Assembly (NCBI GenBank): GCA_002726915.1
Contig: PBSY01000018.1
Coordinates: 10,391 to 74,390, forward strand
Direction: 5' to 3'
Source: Verrucomicrobiales bacterium
GTDB lineage: Bacteria; Verrucomicrobiota; Verrucomicrobiia; Verrucomicrobiales; DEV007
DNA length: 64,000 nucleotides
Positions 18,553 to 27,240 of the stretch are shown here, piece after piece (position 1 is the first letter of the stretch; each line of letters starts with the position of its first letter). Below the pieces are notes generated by a model that searched no databases, was not told the DNA's origin, and saw only the letters and a list, made by a program, of their open reading frames with translations. The translations under genes were made by a program, and so were the position numbers.

Positions 18553-19281
18553 ATGTCAATTTCGAGTCAAATTCTGGAAGCGACCGATGAACTTGTGAGT
18601 CAGCTGCAAGGTCTGTCGTTTTCTGAACCAGTCAGTCACGTCTACAATCCTCTTGAATATGCGAGAGCATCTCATGAGATCTTTGTGAATCGGTTTGCTG
18701 ACTCTCCCAAGCGGGTTCTCATGATGGGTATGAATCCGGGCCCGTGGGGAATGGCCCAAACCGGAGTGCCTTTTGGTGAGGTCTCGGCAGTCCGCGACTG
18801 GATGGGGATTTCGGCCGATATCGGGAAACCGTGCCCCGAGCACCCCAAGCGCCCTATTGTGGGGTTTGATTGTGAAAAATCAGAGGTCAGCGGTCGCCGA
18901 TTTTGGGGGCTGTTTGCAGAAAAGTATCCCAATGCTGGAGACTTCTTTGCCGAGCATTACGTCTTGAACTACTGCCCCCTCGTCTGGATGGAGGAGAGTG
19001 GGCGTAACCGGACTCCCGACAAGCTGCCTGCTGCTGAAATGCTACCGGTCTCTGACGCGTGTGACGCCTACGTGGCAAATAACCTCAGCCTATTGAAGCC
19101 GGAATTCGCCATTGGAGTTGGCGCGTTTGCCGAGAGCTGCCTAAAGCGGGTCGCGGATTCTATTGCAATGGAGGTAAAAATTGGTCGCATCCTCCACCCG
19201 AGCCCTGCGAGCCCAGCGGCAAACCGAGACTGGTTGGGGACGGCAGAGAAGCAACTGCGTGAGCAAAAAGTCTGGTTATAG
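18553..19281 (+). CDS. uracil-DNA glycosylase, family 3 (SMUG1-like)
   Basis: Motif 1 GMNPGPWGMAQTGVPFG and motif 2 HPSPASPAAN. ATG at 18553 preferred over TTG at 18520. Confidence 0.8.
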   Translation: MSISSQILEATDELVSQLQGLSFSEPVSHVYNPLEYARASHEIFVNRFADSPKRVLMMGMNPGPWGMAQTGVPFGEVSAVRDWMGISADIGKPCPEHPKRPIVGFDCEKSEVSGRRFWGLFAEKYPNAGDFFAEHYVLNYCPLVWMEESGRNRTPDKLPAAEMLPVSDACDAYVANNLSLLKPEFAIGVGAFAESCLKRVADSIAMEVKIGRILHPSPASPAANRDWLGTAEKQLREQKVWL

Positions 19282-19527
19282 CAAGGTGGCGCGCTGCTCC
19301 AGAGGGTTGATTTGAGTTACCCGTCGGTTCAAGAAAACCCTATTTTTGAGCATTTGTTTTCGGTTTACTGATTATAATTGAAACTTTGGTATCTTTTGCG
19401 ATTCCTTGCAATTTTCCCCACCGATTGTAAAGAATCCCGCGTCCACTTAAATGGACCACGGCATAGCGAGTTGGGAGCCAAATTTCTTGAAATTACGAAG
19501 CTTCAGCAGACATTTGTCGCCCCATAG

Positions 19528-22296
19528 ATGAGTTTGTATTTAAAATACGCTGCAGAGATTGCAGAGAGGAAAGAAGAGGGTCTGAGCCCTAAGCCGATCG
19601 ATGACGGTGCCTTGCTCTCCGAGATTGTTGCGCAGATTAAAGATCTCGGAAGCTCCTCCCGGGAAGATTCTCTCAATTTTCTGGTCTACAACACCTTGCC
19701 AGGCACAACAAGTGCAGCCAGCGTCAAAGCGAAATTTCTCAAAGAGATCATTTTTGGAGAAGTCGAGGTCGAAGAGATCACATCTAGGTTTGCCTTTGAA
19801 CTGCTTTCTCACATGAAAGGTGGGCCCTCCGTTGAGGTTCTTCTGGATCTTGCTCTTGGTGAGGACGAGTCCATTGCTTCGCAGGCGGCAGAAGTATTGA
19901 AAACTCAGGTTTTTCTTTATGAGGCGGACACAGATCGTCTCAAAACCGGCTGTGAGGCCGGTAATAGATTCGCCAAAGAGATCCTCGAAAGCTATGCCGA
20001 GGCCGAGTTTTTCACAAAACTTCCCGACGTTGATGAGGAGATTGGCGTGGTTACCTACATCGCCGCTGAAGGTGACATCTCCACCGACTTGCTGTCTCCC
20101 GGTAATCAGGCGCACTCAAGATCAGACCGTGAGTTGCACGGTAAATGCATGATTTCCGAGGCCGCTCAGATCGAAATCGAGGCGCTCCAGAACGCAAACC
20201 CTGGTAAAAGCGTCATGTTGATCGCTGAGAAAGGTACTATGGGCGTGGGTTCATCACGGATGTCGGGGGTGAATAACGTCGCTCTGTGGACAGGTAAGAA
20301 GGCGAGTCCCTATGTGCCTTTTGTGAACATCGCGCCCATTGTGGCGGGAACGAACGGAATTTCTCCCATCTTTCTTACCACTGTCGGCGTGACGGGTGGC
20401 ATTGGGATAGACTTGAAAAACTGGGTTAAAAAGCTCGATTCCAGCGGTAACCCGATTCTTGACGATAATGGGGATCCAGTGCTTGAACAGGCCTATTCCG
20501 TGGAAACGGGAACAGTTCTCACGATCAACACTAAGGAGAAAAAACTCTACAAAGGTAAAACTGAGTTGGTGGATATTTCCTCGGCACTCACTCCTCAGAA
20601 AGTCGAATTCATTAAAGCACGGGGATCCTACGCTGTTGTCTTTGGCAAGAAGCTCCAAAGTTTTGCAGCTGCCACTCTAGGGATTGAAGCACCTCTTGTC
20701 TTCGCCCCTTCGAAAGAGATTTCCCATGAAGGTCAGGGTCTCACCGCAGTGGAAAAGATTTTCAATCAGAACGCGGTGGGCGTTGCCGAAGGTTCCGTGC
20801 TTCATGCGGGCTCTGATGTTAGGGTAAGGGTCAACATTGTTGGATCCCAAGACACGACCGGCTTGATGACTTCTCAGGAGCTAGAAGCGATGGCCGCGAC
20901 GGTGATCTCACCGACTGTTGATGGAGCCTACCAGTCCGGTTGCCATACCGCCTCAGTCTGGGATAAAAAGGCCCAGGCTAACATCCCAAAGCTGATGAAG
21001 TTCATGCACAAGTTTGGGCTCATCACCGCGCGTGATCCTGAAGGCGTCTATCACTCAATGACGGATGTGATCCACAAGGTTTTAAACGACCTGACCGTGG
21101 ACGAATGGGCCATCATTATTGGTGGAGATTCCCACACTAGAATGTCAAAGGGCGTCGCCTTCGGAGCAGACTCCGGCACAGTAGCGTTAGCTCTGGCGAC
21201 AGGCGAGGCAACCATGCCGATCCCCGAATCAGTTAAGGTGACATTCGAGGGGGATTTGAAAGATCATATGGACTTTCGCGACGTTGTGCACGCGACGCAG
21301 GCGCAGATGTTGAAAAAATTTGGCGAGAATGTTTTCCAAGGGCGAGTCATCGAAGTCCACATTGGAACACTGCCATCTGATCAAGCGTTCACCTTTACCG
21401 ACTGGACAGCGGAGATGAAGGCTAAAGCGTCCATATGTATTTCTCAGGATGAAACATTGATTGAATCACTCGAAATTGCGAAGAGCCGGATTCAGATCAT
21501 GATCGAGAAGGGGATGGATAACGATTCCGGAGTCCTTCAAGGCTTAGTTGATCGCGCAGAAAGTCGTATTTCCGAAATCAGGTCAGGTGAGAAGCCCATC
21601 CTGACTCCGGATGCCAGCGCAAAGTATTTCGCTGAATTCGTTGTTGATTTGAACGAGATTGTCGAACCGATGATCGCCGATCCTGACGTGACCAATGGAG
21701 ATGTCTCCAAACGCTATACTCACGACACTATTCGAGCGGTTTCCTACTATGAGGGGACCAAAAAAGTAGACCTTGGCTTTGTTGGATCATGCATGGTTCA
21801 TAAGGGAGACCTAAAGATCGTTTCGCAGATGCTCCGCAACTTAGAGGAGCAACAGGGTAAAGTTGTATTTCGGGCTCCCCTTGTGGTAGCAGCTCCAACC
21901 TACAACATCATTGATGAGCTCAAAGAAGAGGGTGATTGGGAGACGCTGGAAAAATATTCCGGGTTTGTCTTTGATGACAACGCTCCTAAGAACACAGCGA
22001 GGGCTGAATACAAAAACATGATGTATCTCGAACGCCCGGGCTGTAACCTTTGCATGGGGAATCAGGAGAAAGCTGAAAAGGGTGACACCGTGATGGCGAC
22101 ATCCACTAGACTTTTCCAAGGAAGAGTCGTTGAAGATTCCGAGCGCAAGAAGGGTGAGTCCCTTCTTGCTTCTACTCCTGTGGTCGTTCTATCAGCGGTT
22201 CTAGGGCGGATTCCTAATATGGAAGAATACAAAGCCGCCGTTGAAGGAATTGATCTGACCAAGTTTGCCCCTCCTTTGGAGAAAATGGTGAGTTAG
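19528..22296 (+). CDS. acnB: bifunctional aconitate hydratase 2 / 2-methylisocitrate dehydratase
   Basis: AcnB-type N-terminal HEAT-like domain (AERKEEGLSPKPID), GGDSHT, GSCM, and PGCNLCMGNQ cluster ligands. Confidence 0.95.
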   Translation: MSLYLKYAAEIAERKEEGLSPKPIDDGALLSEIVAQIKDLGSSSREDSLNFLVYNTLPGTTSAASVKAKFLKEIIFGEVEVEEITSRFAFELLSHMKGGPSVEVLLDLALGEDESIASQAAEVLKTQVFLYEADTDRLKTGCEAGNRFAKEILESYAEAEFFTKLPDVDEEIGVVTYIAAEGDISTDLLSPGNQAHSRSDRELHGKCMISEAAQIEIEALQNANPGKSVMLIAEKGTMGVGSSRMSGVNNVALWTGKKASPYVPFVNIAPIVAGTNGISPIFLTTVGVTGGIGIDLKNWVKKLDSSGNPILDDNGDPVLEQAYSVETGTVLTINTKEKKLYKGKTELVDISSALTPQKVEFIKARGSYAVVFGKKLQSFAAATLGIEAPLVFAPSKEISHEGQGLTAVEKIFNQNAVGVAEGSVLHAGSDVRVRVNIVGSQDTTGLMTSQELEAMAATVISPTVDGAYQSGCHTASVWDKKAQANIPKLMKFMHKFGLITARDPEGVYHSMTDVIHKVLNDLTVDEWAIIIGGDSHTRMSKGVAFGADSGTVALALATGEATMPIPESVKVTFEGDLKDHMDFRDVVHATQAQMLKKFGENVFQGRVIEVHIGTLPSDQAFTFTDWTAEMKAKASICISQDETLIESLEIAKSRIQIMIEKGMDNDSGVLQGLVDRAESRISEIRSGEKPILTPDASAKYFAEFVVDLNEIVEPMIADPDVTNGDVSKRYTHDTIRAVSYYEGTKKVDLGFVGSCMVHKGDLKIVSQMLRNLEEQQGKVVFRAPLVVAAPTYNIIDELKEEGDWETLEKYSGFVFDDNAPKNTARAEYKNMMYLERPGCNLCMGNQEKAEKGDTVMATSTRLFQGRVVEDSERKKGESLLASTPVVVLSAVLGRIPNMEEYKAAVEGIDLTKFAPPLEKMVS

Positions 22297-22408
22297 TCAC
22301 TAGGTGCTTTTCTTAGTGTCTCAGCATTTCTCAAGCGCAATCAGGGGCAAAAACTGGCGCTGTATAACCCTTTCGATGTTAGAATACATTAAACATTGTC
22401 AATCAGTC

Positions 22409-23560
22409 ATGCGGTTACTCCTCCTCCTTCTCCTGTCACTCGCCCCACTTGTTTTGGATAGTTGTTCTAACCCGAACTCCGACCCTAACACACCGGCACC
22501 GGAAGGGATGGTTTTTATCCCTAGTGGTCCATTCATGCGGGGAGGGGATGCCGGAGAGATGGGTGGGGATTCCCATTCTCACCAGTCGGCTTACCCGATC
22601 CACGAGGTTCAAGTTGATGCCTTTTGGATGGATGAGACTGAAGTTACGAACCGTCAATTTGCTGAATTTGTTGAGGCCACCGGTTACGTCACCTTTTCGG
22701 AAAGGCCTTTACCCGAAGACCGGGTCAAGGAATTGCAGGACGCCGCTGAAATAAACTTGAAGCGTCTGGGAGCGATGGCAGAACGCGCAACTGGTCGAGA
22801 GAAGGAAGAGATTCTTGATTCCATGGAGCGAATCGAAGAAGCCTCAAACTTTGGTCACCTCGCGGGTTCCATTGTATTTGCAGTTCCTAAGGGAGAACTT
22901 TACAACTCGAAAGATATCACTCAGTGGTGGCGATTGGTGCCTGGAGCCACGTGGAGAACTCCGGGAGGAAAAGGCAGCTCACTCGAGGGACTCGAGGACC
23001 ACCCAGTAGTGAACTTAATCCATGAAGATGCGTCCGCCTACGCCCAATGGGCCGGTAAGCGGCTGCCGACGGAAGCCGAGTGGGAGAAGGCAGCTCGAGG
23101 CGGCTTGAAACACCAGCCGTTTACCTGGGGCGGGGAAATGTTTCCCGAGGGAGAGTCAGTCTGGATGGCTAACATCTGGCAGGGAGAGTGGCCGTTTAAA
23201 AATACGGAGAAGGACGGATACATTACTACGTCGCCTGTGAAAAGCTTTCCTCCGAATGCGTTCGGTCTATACGACATGTCCGGTAACGTCTGGGAAATGG
23301 TTTTCGATCTGTATCATCCACAGGCCTATAGCCTGTCCTCAGCGACGGCGAAAAATTCAACTGGACCAAAACCGGAAGAGGCAATTCCACCGAACGCTCC
23401 AGTGATTTACCGGGTAACCAAAGGGGGGTCCTTTCTCTGTTCGGACGAGTGGTGCAAAGGTTACCAGCCCGGCTCCCGCCAGCAGATGGATAATGAGTCA
23501 CCGTCAAACCATACCGGTTTTCGCTGTGTGATGGATATAGCTCCTCGTGCTACCCAATGA
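22409..23560 (+). CDS. formylglycine-generating enzyme family (SUMF1/FGE-sulfatase domain) lipoprotein
   Basis: Signal peptide MRLLLLLLLSLAPLVLDSC. FWMDETEVTN, AYAQWAGKRLPTEAEWEKAARGG, and GNVWEM motifs. Confidence 0.85.
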   Translation: MRLLLLLLLSLAPLVLDSCSNPNSDPNTPAPEGMVFIPSGPFMRGGDAGEMGGDSHSHQSAYPIHEVQVDAFWMDETEVTNRQFAEFVEATGYVTFSERPLPEDRVKELQDAAEINLKRLGAMAERATGREKEEILDSMERIEEASNFGHLAGSIVFAVPKGELYNSKDITQWWRLVPGATWRTPGGKGSSLEGLEDHPVVNLIHEDASAYAQWAGKRLPTEAEWEKAARGGLKHQPFTWGGEMFPEGESVWMANIWQGEWPFKNTEKDGYITTSPVKSFPPNAFGLYDMSGNVWEMVFDLYHPQAYSLSSATAKNSTGPKPEEAIPPNAPVIYRVTKGGSFLCSDEWCKGYQPGSRQQMDNESPSNHTGFRCVMDIAPRATQ

Positions 23561-23865
23561 TTTGGCAGCGAGGGAGGCCTAATGGAGAGGAAAAATCAGT
23601 TTTAAGGTTCTCGGCAGGGGATAGCAAAACAAACTTTTTTGCTCTGCTTCGGTCTTTGGTTCTGTTTTAACGCTGATGAAATGGCGTTGATCGTCTGGTA
23701 ATCTTTTTTGATTGTCCACCCATAAGGAAGGCTCTCACTTTTGTGGCAATGTAAAACAAATTAGCCGATATTTTTCTAAGATCCTAAATCGGTATTTTCT
23801 GCGAAACGAAAAAGCAATAATTGGAGTTGTGCTTTCTGAAAAGAATACTTTAGCTTTCCCAATCA

Positions 23866-24453
23866 ATGAGCGCTTCGATTCTTGATCTTAAGACAGTGCT
23901 GGTTCTCAATCGAAACTGGCAGGCGATCAACACGCGGACTCCCGCAGAAGCTTTTTGTCAGATGGCGACTACCGCCGCTACGGCTCTTGACGTTCAAGGA
24001 CAAGACTGGATGGTACCCACAACATGGGAAGACTGGCAGCAACTGCCGGTGCGTGAATGTGACGCCAGCATTGGAACGGCCCGAGGTCGCATTCGGGTTC
24101 CGACGGTTATTGTGGTGGCGAACTTTTGTCGGGTGCCAAAGAAGCGTCCGAAGCTCAATTCCCGCACGCTATGGGAACGCGACGGAGGTCGTTGTCAGTA
24201 TACGGGACGCAATCTGGACGCTGGGGAAGGTAATATCGATCACATAGTACCGCGTTCACGGGGTGGAGAGACCACTTGGGAAAACTGCGTGATCGCCGCT
24301 CGTGAAGTTAACTCGCGCAAAGCCGACCGAACGCCAGAAGAAGCTGGCATGCGATTACTGCAAGAACCCAAAGCTCCGGCTGAATTACCAGTGACGATGT
24401 TCTTGCACAACACCCACGGGATTCCGGACTGGGATCCATTCCTTGTGAACTGA
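23866..24453 (+). CDS. HNH endonuclease (COG1403-type, stand-alone)
   Basis: CQYTG...IDHIVPRSRGGETTWENCVIAAREVNSRKADRTPEEA HNH core, with a VLVLNRNWQ N-terminal domain. Confidence 0.85.
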   Translation: MSASILDLKTVLVLNRNWQAINTRTPAEAFCQMATTAATALDVQGQDWMVPTTWEDWQQLPVRECDASIGTARGRIRVPTVIVVANFCRVPKKRPKLNSRTLWERDGGRCQYTGRNLDAGEGNIDHIVPRSRGGETTWENCVIAAREVNSRKADRTPEEAGMRLLQEPKAPAELPVTMFLHNTHGIPDWDPFLVN

Positions 24454-24495
24454 TCCTTTAATCCGTTCCCTTTTACGGCCGCAACCCCGCAGTAA

Positions 24496-24675
24496 TCAGC
24501 GGAATGAGAGCCAGGCAACAAGGCCGAAGGAGAATACGGAGGCAAGGAGGGCGACGCCGCTGCCAACAAGAATGCCCATGATGATCCCTACAATTCCTGT
24601 CAGGAATAGTCCGACGATGGACAGACCTGGTGAAACTGGAGTTTTAACTTTTTTCCGAGGTTCCTCTTCGCTCAT
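24496..24675 (-). CDS. small two-helix membrane protein, hypothetical
   Basis: Two hydrophobic segments after a charged N-terminus. Lies downstream of ispA on the same strand. ATG at 24675, TTG alternative at 24711. Confidence 0.45.
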   Translation of the reverse strand: MSEEEPRKKVKTPVSPGLSIVGLFLTGIVGIIMGILVGSGVALLASVFSFGLVAWLSFR

Positions 24676-24741
24676 GACAACAGGATAGTGCCATTCGTAT
24701 TCTGTTGCCAATGCGAATTCACAGGGTTGATTCGCGTTATT

Positions 24742-25635
24742 TTAATAGTCGCGGTCAAGCAGGTAGTCGAGGATCTCGTGGAGGCGTTGGCCCTGCTTTC
24801 CGAATAGCTTGAGGGCATCGTGCGCTTTCTTGGTAAGTCGAGCTGCTTCTTTGCGGCTCTTTTCCAGACCGAAGAGAGCCGGGTAAGTCGATTTGTCTGT
24901 CGCTTCGTCTTTCCCAGCGCTCTTACCCAGCTTTTCGCTGGTTTGAGTGACGTCTAAAATATCGTCTATAATTTGGAATGCGAGACCGAGGGATTTCCCA
25001 TAGCTTGTCAGGGCTTCCAGTCGCTGTGGAGTCGCGTTGGCGCTCATGCCTCCGAGTCGAATCGATGAAGTGAGCAAGGCTGCTGTTTTACTCTCGTGTA
25101 TGTATTTCAACTGAGTCGGGGTGAGTTGTATGTCACTGCCTTCACCTTCAAGGTCAAGGATTTGCCCGCCAATGAGGTGGCGGCTTCCCGAGGCTGTAGC
25201 CAGTTCGCTAACGTAGGCTCCTACGTCGTAACGTTTTGTTGGAGGAGTCTGTGCCAGAATTTCAAAAGCAATGGTGAGGAGGGCATCACCGGCAAGGACC
25301 GCAACACCTTCGCCATATTTAATGTGGCTGGTAGGTTGTCCGCGGCGGAGATCGTCATCGTCCATGCACGGTAAATCATCGTGAATAAGCGAGTAAGTGT
25401 GGATGCACTCCACGGCGGCGGCCGGAGCGAGAGTATTCTCAGTGTCCCCGCCACAGGCTTCTGCTGCGGCAAGACTTAGGATTGGGCGGAGTCGTTTTCC
25501 TCCCGCAAAAATGCTGTAGCGCATTGCTTCGTGCACTGTCACTGGACGGATCCGGGTTTCAGGAAGGAATCCATTAAGTGCCTTATCAACAACTTTGCAG
25601 CGATCCTTGAGGTAGGTCTTGAGTACTTCAGCCAT
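24742..25635 (-). CDS. ispA: polyprenyl (farnesyl/geranylgeranyl) diphosphate synthase
   Basis: First DDxxD region LIHDDLPCMDDDDLRRG and second FQIIDDILD. Confidence 0.9.
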   Translation of the reverse strand: MAEVLKTYLKDRCKVVDKALNGFLPETRIRPVTVHEAMRYSIFAGGKRLRPILSLAAAEACGGDTENTLAPAAAVECIHTYSLIHDDLPCMDDDDLRRGQPTSHIKYGEGVAVLAGDALLTIAFEILAQTPPTKRYDVGAYVSELATASGSRHLIGGQILDLEGEGSDIQLTPTQLKYIHESKTAALLTSSIRLGGMSANATPQRLEALTSYGKSLGLAFQIIDDILDVTQTSEKLGKSAGKDEATDKSTYPALFGLEKSRKEAARLTKKAHDALKLFGKQGQRLHEILDYLLDRDY

Positions 25636-25691
25636 TTACCGTGGTAGTGGGGATAGAAGGGGAGCAGGAAGATAAACAGACTTTCGGGCAA

Positions 25692-26705
25692 CTAAAGCAG
25701 TTCAGCAATCTGAACCGCATTCAGTGCAGCTCCTTTCCGTACTTGATCACCGACCACCCAGAATGTGAGGGCATTTTCGAGTACGAGATCTTTGCGGATC
25801 CGGCCGACGAGGCAATCGTCCTTATTGGTGCAGTCAAGAGGTGTCGGGAAAAGCGGCTCATCAGCAAAAGGATCATCAAGAACTCGCACACCTTCGGCCG
25901 CTGCAATGGATTCGCGTGCCGCCTCAACGCAGGGCTGTTCATTAAAGACTGCCGTAACGGATACGGCGTGGGATCGCATCACTGGCACTCGCACGCAGGT
26001 GACTGATGCTTTGAGGTTAGGCGAATGTAGAATTTTCTGTCCCTCATAATGCATCTTCATTTCCTCCTTGGTATAGCCGTTCTCTTGAAAGGCATCCACT
26101 TGGGGAATGACGTTGGATACGATCTGGTGTGGGTAAACATTGCGTTCCGGCATGGTAAGACCCTTGGCAAGGGCAATTGTCTGCTCCTCAAGTTCAGCAA
26201 TGCCTTGAGCGCCGCTGCCAGAAACTGCCTGGTAACTAGAGGCGATAATGCTTTTTACACCGCCAAAGGCAAGGTGCATCGGATTCAGCGCGACTAGCGT
26301 GACAATGGTAGTGCAGTTGGGATTGGCGATAAGGCCGTTGTGCTGCTTGGCGTCTTCGGGATTGACCTCGGGCACAACGAGAGGGACGCCCTCGTCGAGA
26401 CGAAACGCTGAGGAGTTATCGACAACGACGGCACCGGCAGCAATGGCATGGGGGGCGAATTCTCTTGAGATCTCGCCGCCCGCGCTGAAGAGGGCAATAT
26501 CCACGCCCTCAAACGAATCGGGAGTCAGCTCTTTCACCGTGATTTCTTTTCCCCTAAAGGTGAGCTTTTTGCCGGCAGAGCGGGCTGAAGCGAGAAGAGT
26601 CAGTTCGCTAACTGGAAAGCGACGATGCTCGAGGCACTCGAGGATTTCGATCCCCACGGCTCCGGTTGCTCCTGCCACGGCGATATGCTTGGGCTGTTGG
26701 TCCAT
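25692..26705 (-). CDS. asd: aspartate-semialdehyde dehydrogenase
   Basis: VAGATGAVG, NPNCTT active-site Cys, SYQAVSG. Confidence 0.93.
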   Translation of the reverse strand: MDQQPKHIAVAGATGAVGIEILECLEHRRFPVSELTLLASARSAGKKLTFRGKEITVKELTPDSFEGVDIALFSAGGEISREFAPHAIAAGAVVVDNSSAFRLDEGVPLVVPEVNPEDAKQHNGLIANPNCTTIVTLVALNPMHLAFGGVKSIIASSYQAVSGSGAQGIAELEEQTIALAKGLTMPERNVYPHQIVSNVIPQVDAFQENGYTKEEMKMHYEGQKILHSPNLKASVTCVRVPVMRSHAVSVTAVFNEQPCVEAARESIAAAEGVRVLDDPFADEPLFPTPLDCTNKDDCLVGRIRKDLVLENALTFWVVGDQVRKGAALNAVQIAELL

Positions 26706-26715
26706 GATTCTTTGA

Positions 26716-26745
26716 TTGCAAAGGGGCTGGGAGCTTACGTATTAT
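26716..26745 (+). promoter_or_regulatory. candidate sigma70-like promoter for the mini-lipoprotein gene
   Basis: TTGCAA (26716-26721), 18 nt spacer, TATTAT (26740-26745). The inverted repeat TTGCAAA (26716-22) / TTTGCAA (26753-59) brackets the -10 element. Confidence 0.3.
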
Positions 26746-26842
26746 GACATTGTTTGCAACCGAATGGACTTTGCCCTCGTTAATGTAACAGGACGTGAGG
26801 CGGATTGCCAAACTTACCTGAATTAAACTAACCAGCTAAATT

Positions 26843-26995
26843 ATGAAACGTATTATCGCTATTGTCGCTCTTTCTGCTGCCTCCCTTTTCTTTGGTGCTT
26901 GCGCTACCACTAACAATGGCGCGGCCTCTTGCTGTGGAAGCGCCACCTCTTGCTGTGGTGGCACTACCTCTTGCTGTGGAACCTGCGGCGGTTGA
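26843..26995 (+). CDS. cysteine-rich mini-lipoprotein, 50 aa (MKRIIAIVALSAASLFFGACATTNNGAASCCGSATSCCGGTTSCCGTCGG)
   Basis: Read directly from the sequence: ATG 26843 to TGA 26993-26995. Signal peptide plus lipobox-like FGAC. Three xxSCCGx repeats. Strong terminator downstream. Below the ORF-track length cutoff. Confidence 0.6.
   Translation: MKRIIAIVALSAASLFFGACATTNNGAASCCGSATSCCGGTTSCCGTCGG
26921..26983 (+). repeat. 3 x 21-nt tandem repeat (core CCTCTTGCTGTGG)
   Basis: Units at 26921-26941, 26942-26962 and 26963-26983 share an identical 13-nt core. Each encodes a 7-aa xxSCCGx unit. Confidence 0.9.
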
Positions 26996-27025
26996 GTCAG
27001 ATTCGACTGATAAGTAATATTTGGG

Positions 27026-27059
27026 AAAAGGCTCTTCCGTGAGGAAGAGCCTTTTTTTT
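27026..27059 (+). terminator. rho-independent terminator (A-tract/hairpin/T8, potentially bidirectional)
   Basis: GGCTCTTCC (27030-38), GTGA loop, GGAAGAGCC (27043-51), then T8 (27052-59). AAAA at 27026-29 could serve the minus-strand psd transcript. Confidence 0.85.
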
Positions 27060-27240
27060 GACGGTGAAACAATTTCTTTCTGAGGTTGCAAAGGGCTCTT
27101 CAAGCTTTGGCGACACCTTCGTAAAAAGTAGCAAGAGTGCTGTAGGTTCATGGTTGGACCAAGGCAATTGAGCGTAAAACTAACTCTCCTTGTCCTGAGA
27201 AGCGGCCGCGGATTTCTACTTTCATAGCGACTGGCCAGTT

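Noticed and set aside
19373-19378. TATAAT hexamer upstream of acnB as a promoter -10 element.
   Set aside because: I could not pair it with a reasonably spaced -35 element; the nearest, TTGAGC, is 21 nt away. That is too weak to list as a feature.
23712-23750. DnaA-box-like 9-mers TTGTCCACC and TGTGGCAAT in the AT-rich spacer upstream of the HNH gene (possible oriC?).
   Set aside because: There are only two imperfect boxes (7/9 and 6/9 matches to TTATCCACA). There is no cluster, no AT-rich 13-mer-like repeats, no dnaA/dnaN nearby, and no visible switch in gene orientation.
26828-27151. Minus-strand ORFs of 107 and 78 aa across the asd-psd spacer.
   Set aside because: They are low-complexity reverse-strand readings of the 21-nt SCCG repeats and run through the terminator hairpin. 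The plus-strand 50-aa lipoprotein ORF, with its signal peptide, promoter-like element and terminator, explains the region better.
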